From positions 574,922 to 598,921 of the forward strand of contig NZ_CP197466.1 in NCBI RefSeq assembly GCF_052180255.1: DNA of 24,000 nucleotides, written 5' to 3'. Below the pieces are notes generated by a model. That model made no database searches, was not told the origin of the DNA, and was given only the letters and a program-made list of their open reading frames with translations. Below, one piece after another: positions 7,863 through 16,050 of this stretch. Every line of letters starts with the position of its first letter. Positions within the stretch are counted from its first letter, which is position 1. The stretch comes from Paenibacillus sp. KN14-4R. Lineage in GTDB: Bacteria > Bacillota > Bacilli > Paenibacillales > NBRC-103111. The position numbers and the translations under genes were made by a program.

Positions 7863-8396
7863 ATGAAATCAACAACGGTAACAAAGCTGTATTGGGACGA
7901 AATGCTGCATACACCAATCGGATCACTGGCGTTAGCCGCAACGGATCAAGGACTGTGTTCGATCGAATTTTCAGGACAAGCAGATGCGGAGTCTAAGCTG
8001 TCTGCTTGGGCAGCGCGATATATCGGCAATTATGAGTGGGAACATTCGCCTGAGCAGCTTCGCGCTGTTCGTGAGCAGTTGGAAGCTTATTTTGAAGGTG
8101 ATTTAACAACATTCGACGTGCCACTAGATTTATATGGCACCGGCTTTCAGCTGCGCGTATGGAAGGCCTTGCAGGACATTCCTCATGGCCGTGTAGCTTC
8201 TTACAAGGACATCGCAATCGCAGTCGGTTCTCCCAAAGGTGTCAGAGCGGTTGGCGGCGCCAATCATAACAATCCAGTGCCACTCATCATCCCTTGTCAC
8301 CGCGTCATTGGTGCAAACGGCGCGATGGTCGGTTTCGGTGGAGGCCTACCCATTAAGGAAGCCCTGCTGCGGTTAGAAGGTTATTTAACAAATTAA
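7863..8396 (+). CDS. ogt: Methylated-DNA--protein-cysteine methyltransferase
   Basis: The active-site motif IPCHRVIG and the upstream YKDIAxAVGSPKGVRAVGGANHNNP are present. I prefer the ATG at 7863, with a GAGGGAGAG RBS 8 nt upstream, over the ORF-track GTG at 7842. It starts 4 nt after the queG stop. Confidence 0.9.
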   Translation: MKSTTVTKLYWDEMLHTPIGSLALAATDQGLCSIEFSGQADAESKLSAWAARYIGNYEWEHSPEQLRAVREQLEAYFEGDLTTFDVPLDLYGTGFQLRVWKALQDIPHGRVASYKDIAIAVGSPKGVRAVGGANHNNPVPLIIPCHRVIGANGAMVGFGGGLPIKEALLRLEGYLTN

Positions 8397-8494
8397 TTTC
8401 ATCATGTTCAGTCACCTCCCCCATCACAGAAGACATCCCCAAAATCTTCCCTTCATACATTCAGCAAGTTACTTCAAATCGATAAGGAGTTCCT

Positions 8495-10006
8495 ATGAAA
8501 TTAAGATCAGGTTATACCATTGCACGACTTCTTCTCATCACATCCTTACTTTTTATTACCGCATGTAAACAAACATCATCTTCAAACGTACATACCGAAC
8601 ATGCAAGTTCCAAAACGCCAGATATTGTTGTGATCGGCTCTGAAATTGAAGGTGTCTATCTCGCTCGAGCGGCCAAAGATGAAGGCTTATCGGTTACGAT
8701 TCTCGATCCACGAGAAAAGCTTGGCGGTCAGCTGATTCAAGGTGAAATGCTCTATCTGGATGAACCTTTTGATGATAATGGCAAGTCATTGCTGCAAGGG
8801 CGTGTGAAACAACTATTTGATGATTACAAAAAAGGAACGATCCGTAAAAGTGAAGATTTCCAAAAATACTATCATTCACTTTTAGATGGCATTCAGATTG
8901 AATCCGGCATTCGCATCACAGGCGTCGAAATGGATCCAAAATCAGATCCAAAGAAGATCAAATCGATCTCCTACCAAACACCATCTGGTGAAAAGAAACA
9001 AATCTCTGCGCAATATTGGGTCGAAAACACTGATTTCGCTGCCTTATCCAGTCAACTGAACGTTACACGCATTCCTGGAATTGAAACGGTATTCGGCGGT
9101 TCTCCGAAAGAGCATATGGCCTCGACCTATATGATGAAGTTCAAGAACGTGAATTGGAGCGAGTTCGAGCAGACAGTAAATGCATTAAGTAAAGAGGAAA
9201 GAGAAGAAAAGTACGGGGGTAATACCCATGTAAACCACACCTTTACTTACGGGTTTGGCAATGTCGGAAGAAGTTATAAGCCGACTAATAATCAAGTGTT
9301 CTTGCGGGGATTGAATACGATCAATATGCGAGATGGTGAAGCTGCGATTAATGCTCTTCTCGTATTTAATGTGGACCCGTCCGATCCAGCAAGTATTCAA
9401 AAAGCAGTAGATATTGGAAAGTCAGAATCTGAGCTTGTCGTCGAACATCTTCGTAAAACTTTGCCAGGATGGGAGAAGGCGGAGATAAATGGCACGACTC
9501 CTTATTTGTATGTTCGAGATTCGGATCGATACGAGACGAATTATGTCTTACAAGCTTCGGATCTTTTATCAGGCAAAATGTTTGAGGATAACGTCAGTAT
9601 TGGCGGCTATTCAATCGATTTACAAGGCATACAATCGAATCCATGGGGTAAAACCATTGCCAAGCCAGATAAATATGGCATGCCGCTGCGCTCTTTTATG
9701 ATAAAAGGATATAGCAATGTACTTGTTGCAGGTAAGAATGTCGGTGCATCCGCTGTTGCTTATGGCAGCGCGCGTATTCAACCTAATACATCATTAGCTG
9801 GGGAAACCATTGGTTACATACTGGGGCAGATCCATGGTAAGAAGATGCTAGGGGATTTAAAAGAGAAAGACTTTGCGCAGCTAACAGAATACATTCGCAA
9901 GAAACATAATATTACCCTGCAAAATGTAACCGCAAATAACAAGATTAAAGACTGGACCGAGCAGCAAGTTGAAAGTCTGAATAAAGGGATAATAAACCCG
10001 AAGTAA
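8495..10006 (+). CDS. FAD-dependent-oxidoreductase-like lipoprotein (PF12831-like family, from memory)
   Basis: A Sec-type lipoprotein signal with a lipobox is present (LLFITAC). The N-terminal Rossmann-like segment is DIVVIGSEIEGVYLARAAKDEGLSVTILDPREKLGGQ. The C-terminal segment is LRSFMIKGYSNVLVAGKNVGASAVAYGSARIQPNTSLAGETIG. An AAGGAG RBS lies 6 nt upstream. Confidence 0.7.
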   Translation: MKLRSGYTIARLLLITSLLFITACKQTSSSNVHTEHASSKTPDIVVIGSEIEGVYLARAAKDEGLSVTILDPREKLGGQLIQGEMLYLDEPFDDNGKSLLQGRVKQLFDDYKKGTIRKSEDFQKYYHSLLDGIQIESGIRITGVEMDPKSDPKKIKSISYQTPSGEKKQISAQYWVENTDFAALSSQLNVTRIPGIETVFGGSPKEHMASTYMMKFKNVNWSEFEQTVNALSKEEREEKYGGNTHVNHTFTYGFGNVGRSYKPTNNQVFLRGLNTINMRDGEAAINALLVFNVDPSDPASIQKAVDIGKSESELVVEHLRKTLPGWEKAEINGTTPYLYVRDSDRYETNYVLQASDLLSGKMFEDNVSIGGYSIDLQGIQSNPWGKTIAKPDKYGMPLRSFMIKGYSNVLVAGKNVGASAVAYGSARIQPNTSLAGETIGYILGQIHGKKMLGDLKEKDFAQLTEYIRKKHNITLQNVTANNKIKDWTEQQVESLNKGIINPK

Positions 10007-10060
10007 TCTTTAGTTTTCCCTACTAAAAGCCGACATAAACTCTGAGGGGAGCGACCTATT

Positions 10061-11092
10061 ATGAAATATGTACATATTGACTCCGTAGAGTCTGGGCAAT
10101 ATTTGGGAAGAACCATTTTTACGAGTAACGGTGTGGTTATGTTATCCGAAGGTGTACAGTTAACGGTCTATATGATTACGACGCTGCGCAGAATCGGTGT
10201 TACGATGATATATATTAAAGATCCGAACTACCAGGATATTGTGATCGAAGATGTTGTATCCGATGAGACGAAGCAGATTGTAATGAAACAGATGGGGGAT
10301 ACGTTTGAATCTCTCCGCTCTGGTAAGGAATTAAATACACGTTCCTTATCTCAATCAATCGATAAAATGCTCGATGATTTGTTTCGGAATAAAGAGATTT
10401 TGCTGCAACTAACGGATATTAGGACAAAAGATAATGAGATGTATGTACATGCGCTCAATGTGTGCATGATGTCTACGCTGATTGGGATATCCATGGAACT
10501 TAATGCGCTGCAATTAAAGGAACTAGCAACAGGCGCGCTCTTACATGATGTTGGGAAGGTAGAAGAGAATACTGATGATAGCGCGGAAGATCTGAAACAG
10601 CATCACACATGGCGAGGATATGAACTGCTCAAGAGTAAGCGTGAATACTCGTTGCTTATTGCGCATTGTGCATTCCAACATCATGAGGCGATTGATGGCA
10701 CAGGAATGCCACGGGGACTTAAAGGTGAGGACATTCACCTCTATGCGAAGATCGTTGCGGTGGCTAACGCCTACGATAATTTGTTATTTAACCAGATGGA
10801 TGGGAAAAATATGCTGCCCCATGAGGCTTGTGAACATATGATGGGTTGGTCGAATACGATGCTGGATCGGGAAGTGATGATTCATTTTCTTAAGACGGTA
10901 TCCATTTACACGACAGGCTCGTCGGTTCGCTTATCAACCAAGGAAACAGGCGTAGTCGTTGGGCAGCACAGAGGCTTGCCGGGACGTCCGATTATACGAA
11001 TTATTAAAAACGACGGGGGTCGGGATATGGATGTGAAAGAAGTCGATTTATCCAAGCATACAACCGTGTTTGTAGAGGATGTCCTAGCGTAA
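10061..11092 (+). CDS. HD-GYP-type metal-dependent phosphohydrolase (GYP replaced by GMP)
   Basis: The HD motif LLHDVGK and the HHEAIDGTGMPRGL motif are present (canonical form HHExxDGxGYPxGL). A ~120-aa N-terminal domain of the kind often fused to HD-GYP proteins precedes them. The gene starts 54 nt after the lipoprotein gene with no terminator between. Confidence 0.8.
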   Translation: MKYVHIDSVESGQYLGRTIFTSNGVVMLSEGVQLTVYMITTLRRIGVTMIYIKDPNYQDIVIEDVVSDETKQIVMKQMGDTFESLRSGKELNTRSLSQSIDKMLDDLFRNKEILLQLTDIRTKDNEMYVHALNVCMMSTLIGISMELNALQLKELATGALLHDVGKVEENTDDSAEDLKQHHTWRGYELLKSKREYSLLIAHCAFQHHEAIDGTGMPRGLKGEDIHLYAKIVAVANAYDNLLFNQMDGKNMLPHEACEHMMGWSNTMLDREVMIHFLKTVSIYTTGSSVRLSTKETGVVVGQHRGLPGRPIIRIIKNDGGRDMDVKEVDLSKHTTVFVEDVLA

Positions 11093-11113
11093 TGCCACCA
11101 TAAATATTGCTAT

Positions 11114-11142
11114 TTGTGAATGGTAGGACGACATGGTATGAT
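11114..11142 (+). promoter_or_regulatory. Candidate sigma-A promoter of the yneF-like gene
   Basis: TTGTGA (11114-11119), a 17-nt spacer, then TATGAT (11137-11142) preceded by TGG (extended -10 TGn). Confidence 0.4.
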
Positions 11143-11187
11143 GTTTTTAAAATTTATCATTATTCAAGCTTTCGGAGGGATTACAAG

Positions 11188-11394
11188 ATGGTGTGGCTTT
11201 ATATCGCAATTGCTTTAATCGTAGGACTAGCAGGGGGATTTTTCATCGGCGTATTCTACTTGCGTAAACAATTAGAAAAAATGCAAAATGACCCAGAAAT
11301 GATCCAAAAGATGGCCAAACAAATGGGGTACAATCTTAATAAGCAGCAAATGAATAAGATGCAAGGCATGATGAAAAAACAAAAGTTCAAATAA
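11188..11394 (+). CDS. yneF: YneF-like small membrane protein (UPF0154 family)
   Basis: The 68-aa protein has one N-terminal TM helix (VWLYIAIALIVGLAGGFFIGVFY) and a Lys/Gln/Met-rich tail. The ATG at 11188 has a GGAGGGA RBS. The ORF-track extension to 11107 lacks an RBS and overlaps the promoter. Confidence 0.75.
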   Translation: MVWLYIAIALIVGLAGGFFIGVFYLRKQLEKMQNDPEMIQKMAKQMGYNLNKQQMNKMQGMMKKQKFK

Positions 11395-11478
11395 ACAATG
11401 AATGATGTGTAGGCATGCGATAACAAGCAATCGTCTGCACATTATTATGTTTATAAGGGAGTAGAGGAGGAATTAAGA

Positions 11479-12069
11479 ATGCCAGCTAAAGAATATAAGA
11501 ATGAGCATGTCGGTAACAACCGCGAGCAGATTGAGTCGCATATCCGAGAGATTCTAAGGCTCATTGGGGAAGATCCTGATCGGGAAGGTCTACTAGATAC
11601 ACCTGCTCGAGTGACGCGTATGTATGAGGAGATCTTTGCCGGGTACAGTGCGGATGTTGAGGATGTACTTGGTGTTACATTCGATGAGCAGCATGAGGAG
11701 CTTGTCATTGTAAAAGATATTGTTTATTACAGCCAGTGTGAACACCATATGGCACCATTCTTCGGTAAAATCCATATTGGTTACCTGCCAAGCGGTAAAA
11801 TTACGGGACTAAGTAAATTTGCTCGTCTTGTTGAGGCCGTAACACGTAGATTGCAAGTCCAAGAACGTATTACATCCGAGATTGCGGACATCTTGGAAAA
11901 GGTGCTGAAACCGCACGGTGTGATGGTTGTGGTTGAGGGTGAGCATCTATGTATGTGTGCAAGAGGCGTGAAAAAGCCGGGCAGCAAGACGATAACATCA
12001 GGCGTACGCGGTCGTTTCCGTTCGGACTCCAATTTGCGAGCTGAATTTTTGTCCTTAATTAAAGAGTAG
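11479..12069 (+). CDS. folE: GTP cyclohydrolase I
   Basis: It carries FolE type-I signatures (DTPxRVxxMYxEIFxGY, [20 protein letters not shown], HLCMxxRGV). A strong RBS (AGAGGAGG) is present. Confidence 0.95.
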   Translation: MPAKEYKNEHVGNNREQIESHIREILRLIGEDPDREGLLDTPARVTRMYEEIFAGYSADVEDVLGVTFDEQHEELVIVKDIVYYSQCEHHMAPFFGKIHIGYLPSGKITGLSKFARLVEAVTRRLQVQERITSEIADILEKVLKPHGVMVVVEGEHLCMCARGVKKPGSKTITSGVRGRFRSDSNLRAEFLSLIKE

Positions 12070-12082
12070 TAAATAAGATAAG

Positions 12083-12121
12083 AGCTGAATGGGTAGAAAA
12101 TCTACCTGTTCAGCTTTTTTA
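12083..12121. terminator. Bidirectional rho-independent terminator between folE and convergent AraC gene
   Basis: AGCTGAAtGGGTAG-aaaat-CTACCtGTTCAGCT is followed by TTTTTT. Confidence 0.8.
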
Positions 12122-12128
12122 GTTCTAA

Positions 12129-13040
12129 TTATTTGCCTTTGGCATGCTGCCGAAATTGTAGGGGAGGCATTGCCACGACAGCGCGAAATGCACGACTGAA
12201 GTGGGCTGACGATGAGAAGTGTAGCGTGAGTCCTATCTTTTCGATACTCCACTCTGTAGTAACTAACAGATGCTTCGCTTCACGGATGCGTACATGACGG
12301 AGAAAGTCACTCGGTGCGATGCCATATACACATTTAAAGCAGTGATGCAGGTGGGTACGGTGTACGCTTAGATGCCGTGCCAAATGGCTCATACGAACGT
12401 CTTCTAGCACATGCTCCTCCATCCAACAAGCAGCTTCACGAGCAAGTTTCAGTTGAGAGGGCTTAATTTTCGATAAGGTTAAACTACCTTCTTTTGTCTT
12501 TAAAAACCAGCTTGCTAGAATACCGATAATCTCAAGTAAGCTGGAGTGGATGTGCAGCAGCTGGATCGATTTCTCCATCTGAATTCGAATGTCATCTTGT
12601 TGAACGAAACCTTTTTGGTCCTTAAATGCCCCATCTCTACTCATCTGCTGCAAGCTTTCCCCAAACTCCGTTAAGAACCGCCGTACGCGATCGATCAGTT
12701 CCGGGTTTTCGGCATGGCGAATGACAGGATCGACAGCAAGTTGAAAAATGGCATGAATATCGTGTTGTTCCGCATCAAAATGGAAGCCGAAGAACGAACA
12801 ACTTTCTTTGATTTCCATGTGATGAAACATATCTGATCCGATCATAATGGCATCTCCCGGATACAGCACATAGAGTTGACCGTTTACCCATTGATAAATT
12901 TCACCCTCTACACAACATAGAACTTCGAAGAAGGGATGGCGATGGTTCGGATACGTCCAACCTGCTGGCTGTTTGGCATACTCCATGCCTGGTAATCGAA
13001 TGGCACTGTATAAATTCGGTAACGCAAATAAATTATCCAT
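12129..13040 (-). CDS. AraC-family transcriptional regulator with N-terminal cupin sensor domain
   Basis: A cupin-like N-terminus (YPNHRHPFFEVLCCVEGEIYQWVNG) and a C-terminal AraC HTH pair (LARHLSVHRTHLHHCFKCVYG; FSSSAHFSRAFRAVV) are present. I prefer the ATG at 13040 (MDNLF..., AAGGA 8 nt upstream) over the GTG at 13061. The gene is divergent from the GH35 gene. Confidence 0.85.
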   Translation of the reverse strand: MDNLFALPNLYSAIRLPGMEYAKQPAGWTYPNHRHPFFEVLCCVEGEIYQWVNGQLYVLYPGDAIMIGSDMFHHMEIKESCSFFGFHFDAEQHDIHAIFQLAVDPVIRHAENPELIDRVRRFLTEFGESLQQMSRDGAFKDQKGFVQQDDIRIQMEKSIQLLHIHSSLLEIIGILASWFLKTKEGSLTLSKIKPSQLKLAREAACWMEEHVLEDVRMSHLARHLSVHRTHLHHCFKCVYGIAPSDFLRHVRIREAKHLLVTTEWSIEKIGLTLHFSSSAHFSRAFRAVVAMPPLQFRQHAKGK

Positions 13041-13190
13041 CCGTCTATCCTTTCGGCTCACACATTGTTAGATGCAAATTAACTACAATTATATAAAAAG
13101 TCAGGACGATCTGAAATGGTGAATTTACTTTTCTGGTGCTAGGATGAAGTCATCGTTTAAAGTGAACTGAATTAGGGGGGGGAATACCTA

Positions 13191-14975
13191 ATGGCAAAGG
13201 AAGCATCATGGTCGAAGGTTGCTCAGATGAACACATTTGGCATTGAAGGTAAACATTTTGTAAGCAATGGTAAACCGGTGCAGCTTATTTCGGGTGCGAT
13301 TCATTATTTTCGTGTACTACCTGCGTATTGGGAAGATAGACTACTAAAGCTCAAGGCATGTGGCTTTAACACCGTTGAGACGTATGTAGCTTGGAATATT
13401 CATGAGCCGAAAAAAGGTGAGTTTCAATTTGAGGGTATGACTGATCTGGTTCGTTTTATTGAAATGGCAGGTGATCTGGGGCTTCATGTCATCGTTCGTC
13501 CGAGTCCATACATTTGTGCAGAGTGGGAATTCGGCGGGATGCCGGCATGGCTGCTAGCTGATCCGGGTATGCGCTTGCGCTGCTATCACAAGCCATTCTT
13601 AGACCATGTGGATGCTTATTACGATGTGTTGTTACCAAAGCTTGTTCCACTGCTTTGCACGAATGGTGGTCCGATTATTGCCATGCAAATTGAAAATGAA
13701 TATGGCAGTTATGGCAATGACATTAAATATCTGAATCATCTGAAAGAAAGTATGATTCAGCGTGGCATTGACGTTCTTTTGTTCACATCAGATGGTCCAG
13801 AAGACTTTATGCTGCAAGGCGGCATGGTTCCAGACGTCCTAGAGACGGTTAACTTCGGCTCCAGACCCTTGGAAGCATTCGAGAAGTTGAAGGAATATCA
13901 ATCGGACAAGCCGCTGATGTGTATGGAATTTTGGAATGGATGGTTCGATCATTGGAGTAAGGAGCACCACACCCGTGATGCTGATGAAGTGGCACAAGTA
14001 TTCGAGGCCATGCTTGCTGCAGGAGCGTCGGTGAATTTTTATATGTTCCATGGAGGTACGAATTTTGGCTTCTATAATGGAGCGAACTATGCAGATAAAT
14101 ACGCACCAACGATTACAAGCTACGATTATGATGTCTTATTGGATGAGTCTGGTGAACCAACAGATAAGTTTTATAAAGTACGTGATGTAATTAGCAAATT
14201 TGTAGATTTACCTGAGTTGAAACTACCCGTTCAGATGCCGAAGCGGTGTTATGGGGAGGTATCATTCACGCAGCAAGTAGGGTTATTTGATTCGTTACAT
14301 GTATTATCATCGCCGATTCAGTGTACATGCCCAGAGACGATGGAAGCGCTTGGCCAGGACTACGGTTTTATTTTATATACAACGCATGTATCAGGTCCAA
14401 GACAGGAAACGGAGCTAATCTTGCAGGACGTGCATGACCGTGCCCTCATTTTCTTGGATGGTCAATATCTAGGTGTGATTGAGAGATGGAATCCGCAAGA
14501 TCAGATCCATCTTGCAATTCCTGCTGGTGGGGCGACCTTGCAAATTTTAGTTGAGAACATGGGCAGAGTGAACTATGGTCCGTTTCTGAAAGATCAGAAA
14601 GGGATTACAGAAGGCGCACGCTTAGGGAATCAATTCTTATACGATTGGACGATTCATACGCTGCCATTAAATGATTTAAGTCGATTAAATTTTGGCGAAA
14701 ATAATACGGATGTGCAGGCCCAGCCTACTTTTTATAGAGGAAATCTCCAAGTTGATGTACCGGGTGATACATTCATAAAGTTATCGGGATGGACCAAGGG
14801 AGTCGTTTATGTGAATGGGTTTAATTTAGGACGTTATTGGGAAGTTGGACCTCAGCAAACCCTCTACGTACCGGCTCCACTGCTGCGTGAGGGTGAGAAT
14901 GAGATCGTACTATTCGAACTGCATGGTGCCAAAGATTACTGTGTTACGCTGCAAGATCGGGCGGAATTGGGCTAA
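13191..14975 (+). CDS. Glycoside hydrolase family 35 beta-galactosidase
   Basis: The GH35 pattern is present (GAIHYFR, GFNTVETYVAWNxHEP, RPxPYICAEWEFGG(M/L)PAWL, acid/base region MQIENEYGSYG, nucleophile region PLMCMEFWNGWF). The ~594-aa length matches intracellular bacterial GH35 enzymes. Confidence 0.9.
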   Translation: MAKEASWSKVAQMNTFGIEGKHFVSNGKPVQLISGAIHYFRVLPAYWEDRLLKLKACGFNTVETYVAWNIHEPKKGEFQFEGMTDLVRFIEMAGDLGLHVIVRPSPYICAEWEFGGMPAWLLADPGMRLRCYHKPFLDHVDAYYDVLLPKLVPLLCTNGGPIIAMQIENEYGSYGNDIKYLNHLKESMIQRGIDVLLFTSDGPEDFMLQGGMVPDVLETVNFGSRPLEAFEKLKEYQSDKPLMCMEFWNGWFDHWSKEHHTRDADEVAQVFEAMLAAGASVNFYMFHGGTNFGFYNGANYADKYAPTITSYDYDVLLDESGEPTDKFYKVRDVISKFVDLPELKLPVQMPKRCYGEVSFTQQVGLFDSLHVLSSPIQCTCPETMEALGQDYGFILYTTHVSGPRQETELILQDVHDRALIFLDGQYLGVIERWNPQDQIHLAIPAGGATLQILVENMGRVNYGPFLKDQKGITEGARLGNQFLYDWTIHTLPLNDLSRLNFGENNTDVQAQPTFYRGNLQVDVPGDTFIKLSGWTKGVVYVNGFNLGRYWEVGPQQTLYVPAPLLREGENEIVLFELHGAKDYCVTLQDRAELG

Positions 14976-15032
14976 TTGAGGGAATCTGCTATTTACGTTC
15001 CTTTCCATTTTCAGTTATACTATAAGAAACTG

Positions 15033-15051
15033 TGTTTCATATGGTGAAACA
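15033..15051. promoter_or_regulatory. Inverted repeat, candidate IclR auto-operator
   Basis: TGTTTCA-tatgg-TGAAACA has perfect 7-bp arms. It lies 11 nt downstream of a TATACT -10-like hexamer (15016-15021) and 22 nt upstream of the IclR ATG. Confidence 0.4.
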
Positions 15052-15072
15052 TTTATTGAAGGTGATAAAGGG

Positions 15073-15819
15073 ATGGAAGATGGTAAATTAACGGTTCGTG
15101 CTGTAGAGCGGGCCTTGGATATTTTGTTATGCTTTACCCAGGTTCACGAGCTTTCATTGACGGAGATTTCGCAGCGCGTGGACTTGCACAAGAGCACTGT
15201 TCACCGGCTGCTTGCTTCTTTAGAAGTTAAAGGTTTTCTTATACGAGACGCTGCCAGCGATAAGTATCGCTTGGGATTCAGCTTATGGGAGCTGTCAGCG
15301 AATCTATCCCAGAGCGATGATCTCGGAGTGATTCTGCTGCCAGAAATGGAACGGTTGCGTGATTCACTTGGCGAGACGGTATCTCTTTACTTGCGTGATG
15401 GGATGGAACGCGTCCGCATTCAAGCGGTGCAAAGTAATCACGCCATCCGGCGTGTTGCACCGGTTGGGGCTCGGATGCCCCTCTTCGTGGGGGCATCAAG
15501 CAAAGTGCTCACCGCCTATGCGGACGAGGCGGTGCAAGAGCAGGTGCTGCAGGAGGCGCAGCGGTCGACCCCAGGGTTCGACCGTGACTCGTATCTGCAA
15601 CATCTGCGGGAAACCCATAGGATGGGCTATGCCACATCCTTTGAAGAGCGCGAGCCCGGTGCAGCGGCAATCGCCGCACCGGTGCTCGGCCGCAGCGGCA
15701 AGCTCGCTGCAGCGCTTGCGGTGTCAGGTCCGGCGAATCGCCTGACACCGGAGATGATGTTGGCGTACGCACCGATCATCATCGAAGCAGCTCGGCGCAT
15801 GGGCACGATGCTGCCTTAA
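15073..15819 (+). CDS. IclR-family transcriptional regulator
   Basis: An N-terminal winged HTH (RALDILLCFTQVHELSLTEISQRVDLHKSTVHRLLASLEVKGFL) and a C-terminal IclR effector domain (GYATSFEEREPGAAAIAAPV..., ALAVSGP) are present. Confidence 0.9.
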   Translation: MEDGKLTVRAVERALDILLCFTQVHELSLTEISQRVDLHKSTVHRLLASLEVKGFLIRDAASDKYRLGFSLWELSANLSQSDDLGVILLPEMERLRDSLGETVSLYLRDGMERVRIQAVQSNHAIRRVAPVGARMPLFVGASSKVLTAYADEAVQEQVLQEAQRSTPGFDRDSYLQHLRETHRMGYATSFEEREPGAAAIAAPVLGRSGKLAAALAVSGPANRLTPEMMLAYAPIIIEAARRMGTMLP

Positions 15820-15844
15820 TCGCAACTAACATCCACACTTCTTT

Positions 15845-15898
15845 GGATCAGACCTTGCCGACAAAGCGCAGGGTCTGATTCCTATTTATCCCCTCCAA
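15845..15898 (+). terminator. GC-rich hairpin after IclR gene (weak U-tract)
   Basis: GGATCAGACCTTGC-(9 nt)-GCAGGGTCTGATTCC forms about 14 bp including wobbles. It is followed by TATTTATC, which is a poor U-run. Confidence 0.45.
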
Positions 15899-15987
15899 GA
15901 GATAACTTCTACTCCTAAACACGATCTAAATTTCAAATCAAATAAATTATCATGGAATCGAAAAAAAGATCATTACAGATAATTTCA

Positions 15988-16003
15988 TGTAAGCGCTATT
16001 ATT
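15988..16003 (+). promoter_or_regulatory. cre-like motif overlapping a TATTAT -10, upstream of the solute-binding protein gene
   Basis: TGTAAGCGCTATTATT matches the cre consensus WTGNAANCGNWNNCW with one mismatch. An identical 16-mer occurs at 20991-21006. It lies 63 nt upstream of the ATG. Confidence 0.5.
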
Positions 16004-16050
16004 GGAATGTGCTTAACAAAAGATTTTATTCTTTTTAGGGGGATAACGAA

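Noticed and set aside
8397-8494. The C-rich spacer after ogt (CACCTCCCCCATCACAGAAGACATCCCC) as a possible structured element.
   Set aside because: It has no complementary G-rich partner, no hairpin and no repeat. It is most simply the promoter and leader region of the lipoprotein gene.
11107-11187. The N-terminal extension of the yneF-like ORF to 95 aa in the ORF track.
   Set aside because: The extension has no RBS, overlaps the likely promoter, and YneF-family proteins are about 70 aa. The ATG at 11188 has a GGAGGGA RBS.
11395-11478. The possibility of a THF or other riboswitch ahead of folE.
   Set aside because: The gap is only 84 nt. It holds just an imperfect hairpin (TGTGTAGGC...GTCTGCACA), more likely a weak yneF terminator, and is too short for the known aptamers.
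11451-11775. Minus-strand ORFs (85 and 60 aa) opposite folE.
   Set aside because: They are Ser-rich shadow frames of a highly conserved folE coding sequence.
15278-15772. Three long overlapping ORFs (73, 128 and 87 aa) in other frames of the IclR gene.
   Set aside because: They are Arg/Pro/Ala/Cys-rich translations, as expected when stop codons are depleted in a 60-75% GC segment. They are a symptom of the GC spike, not genes.
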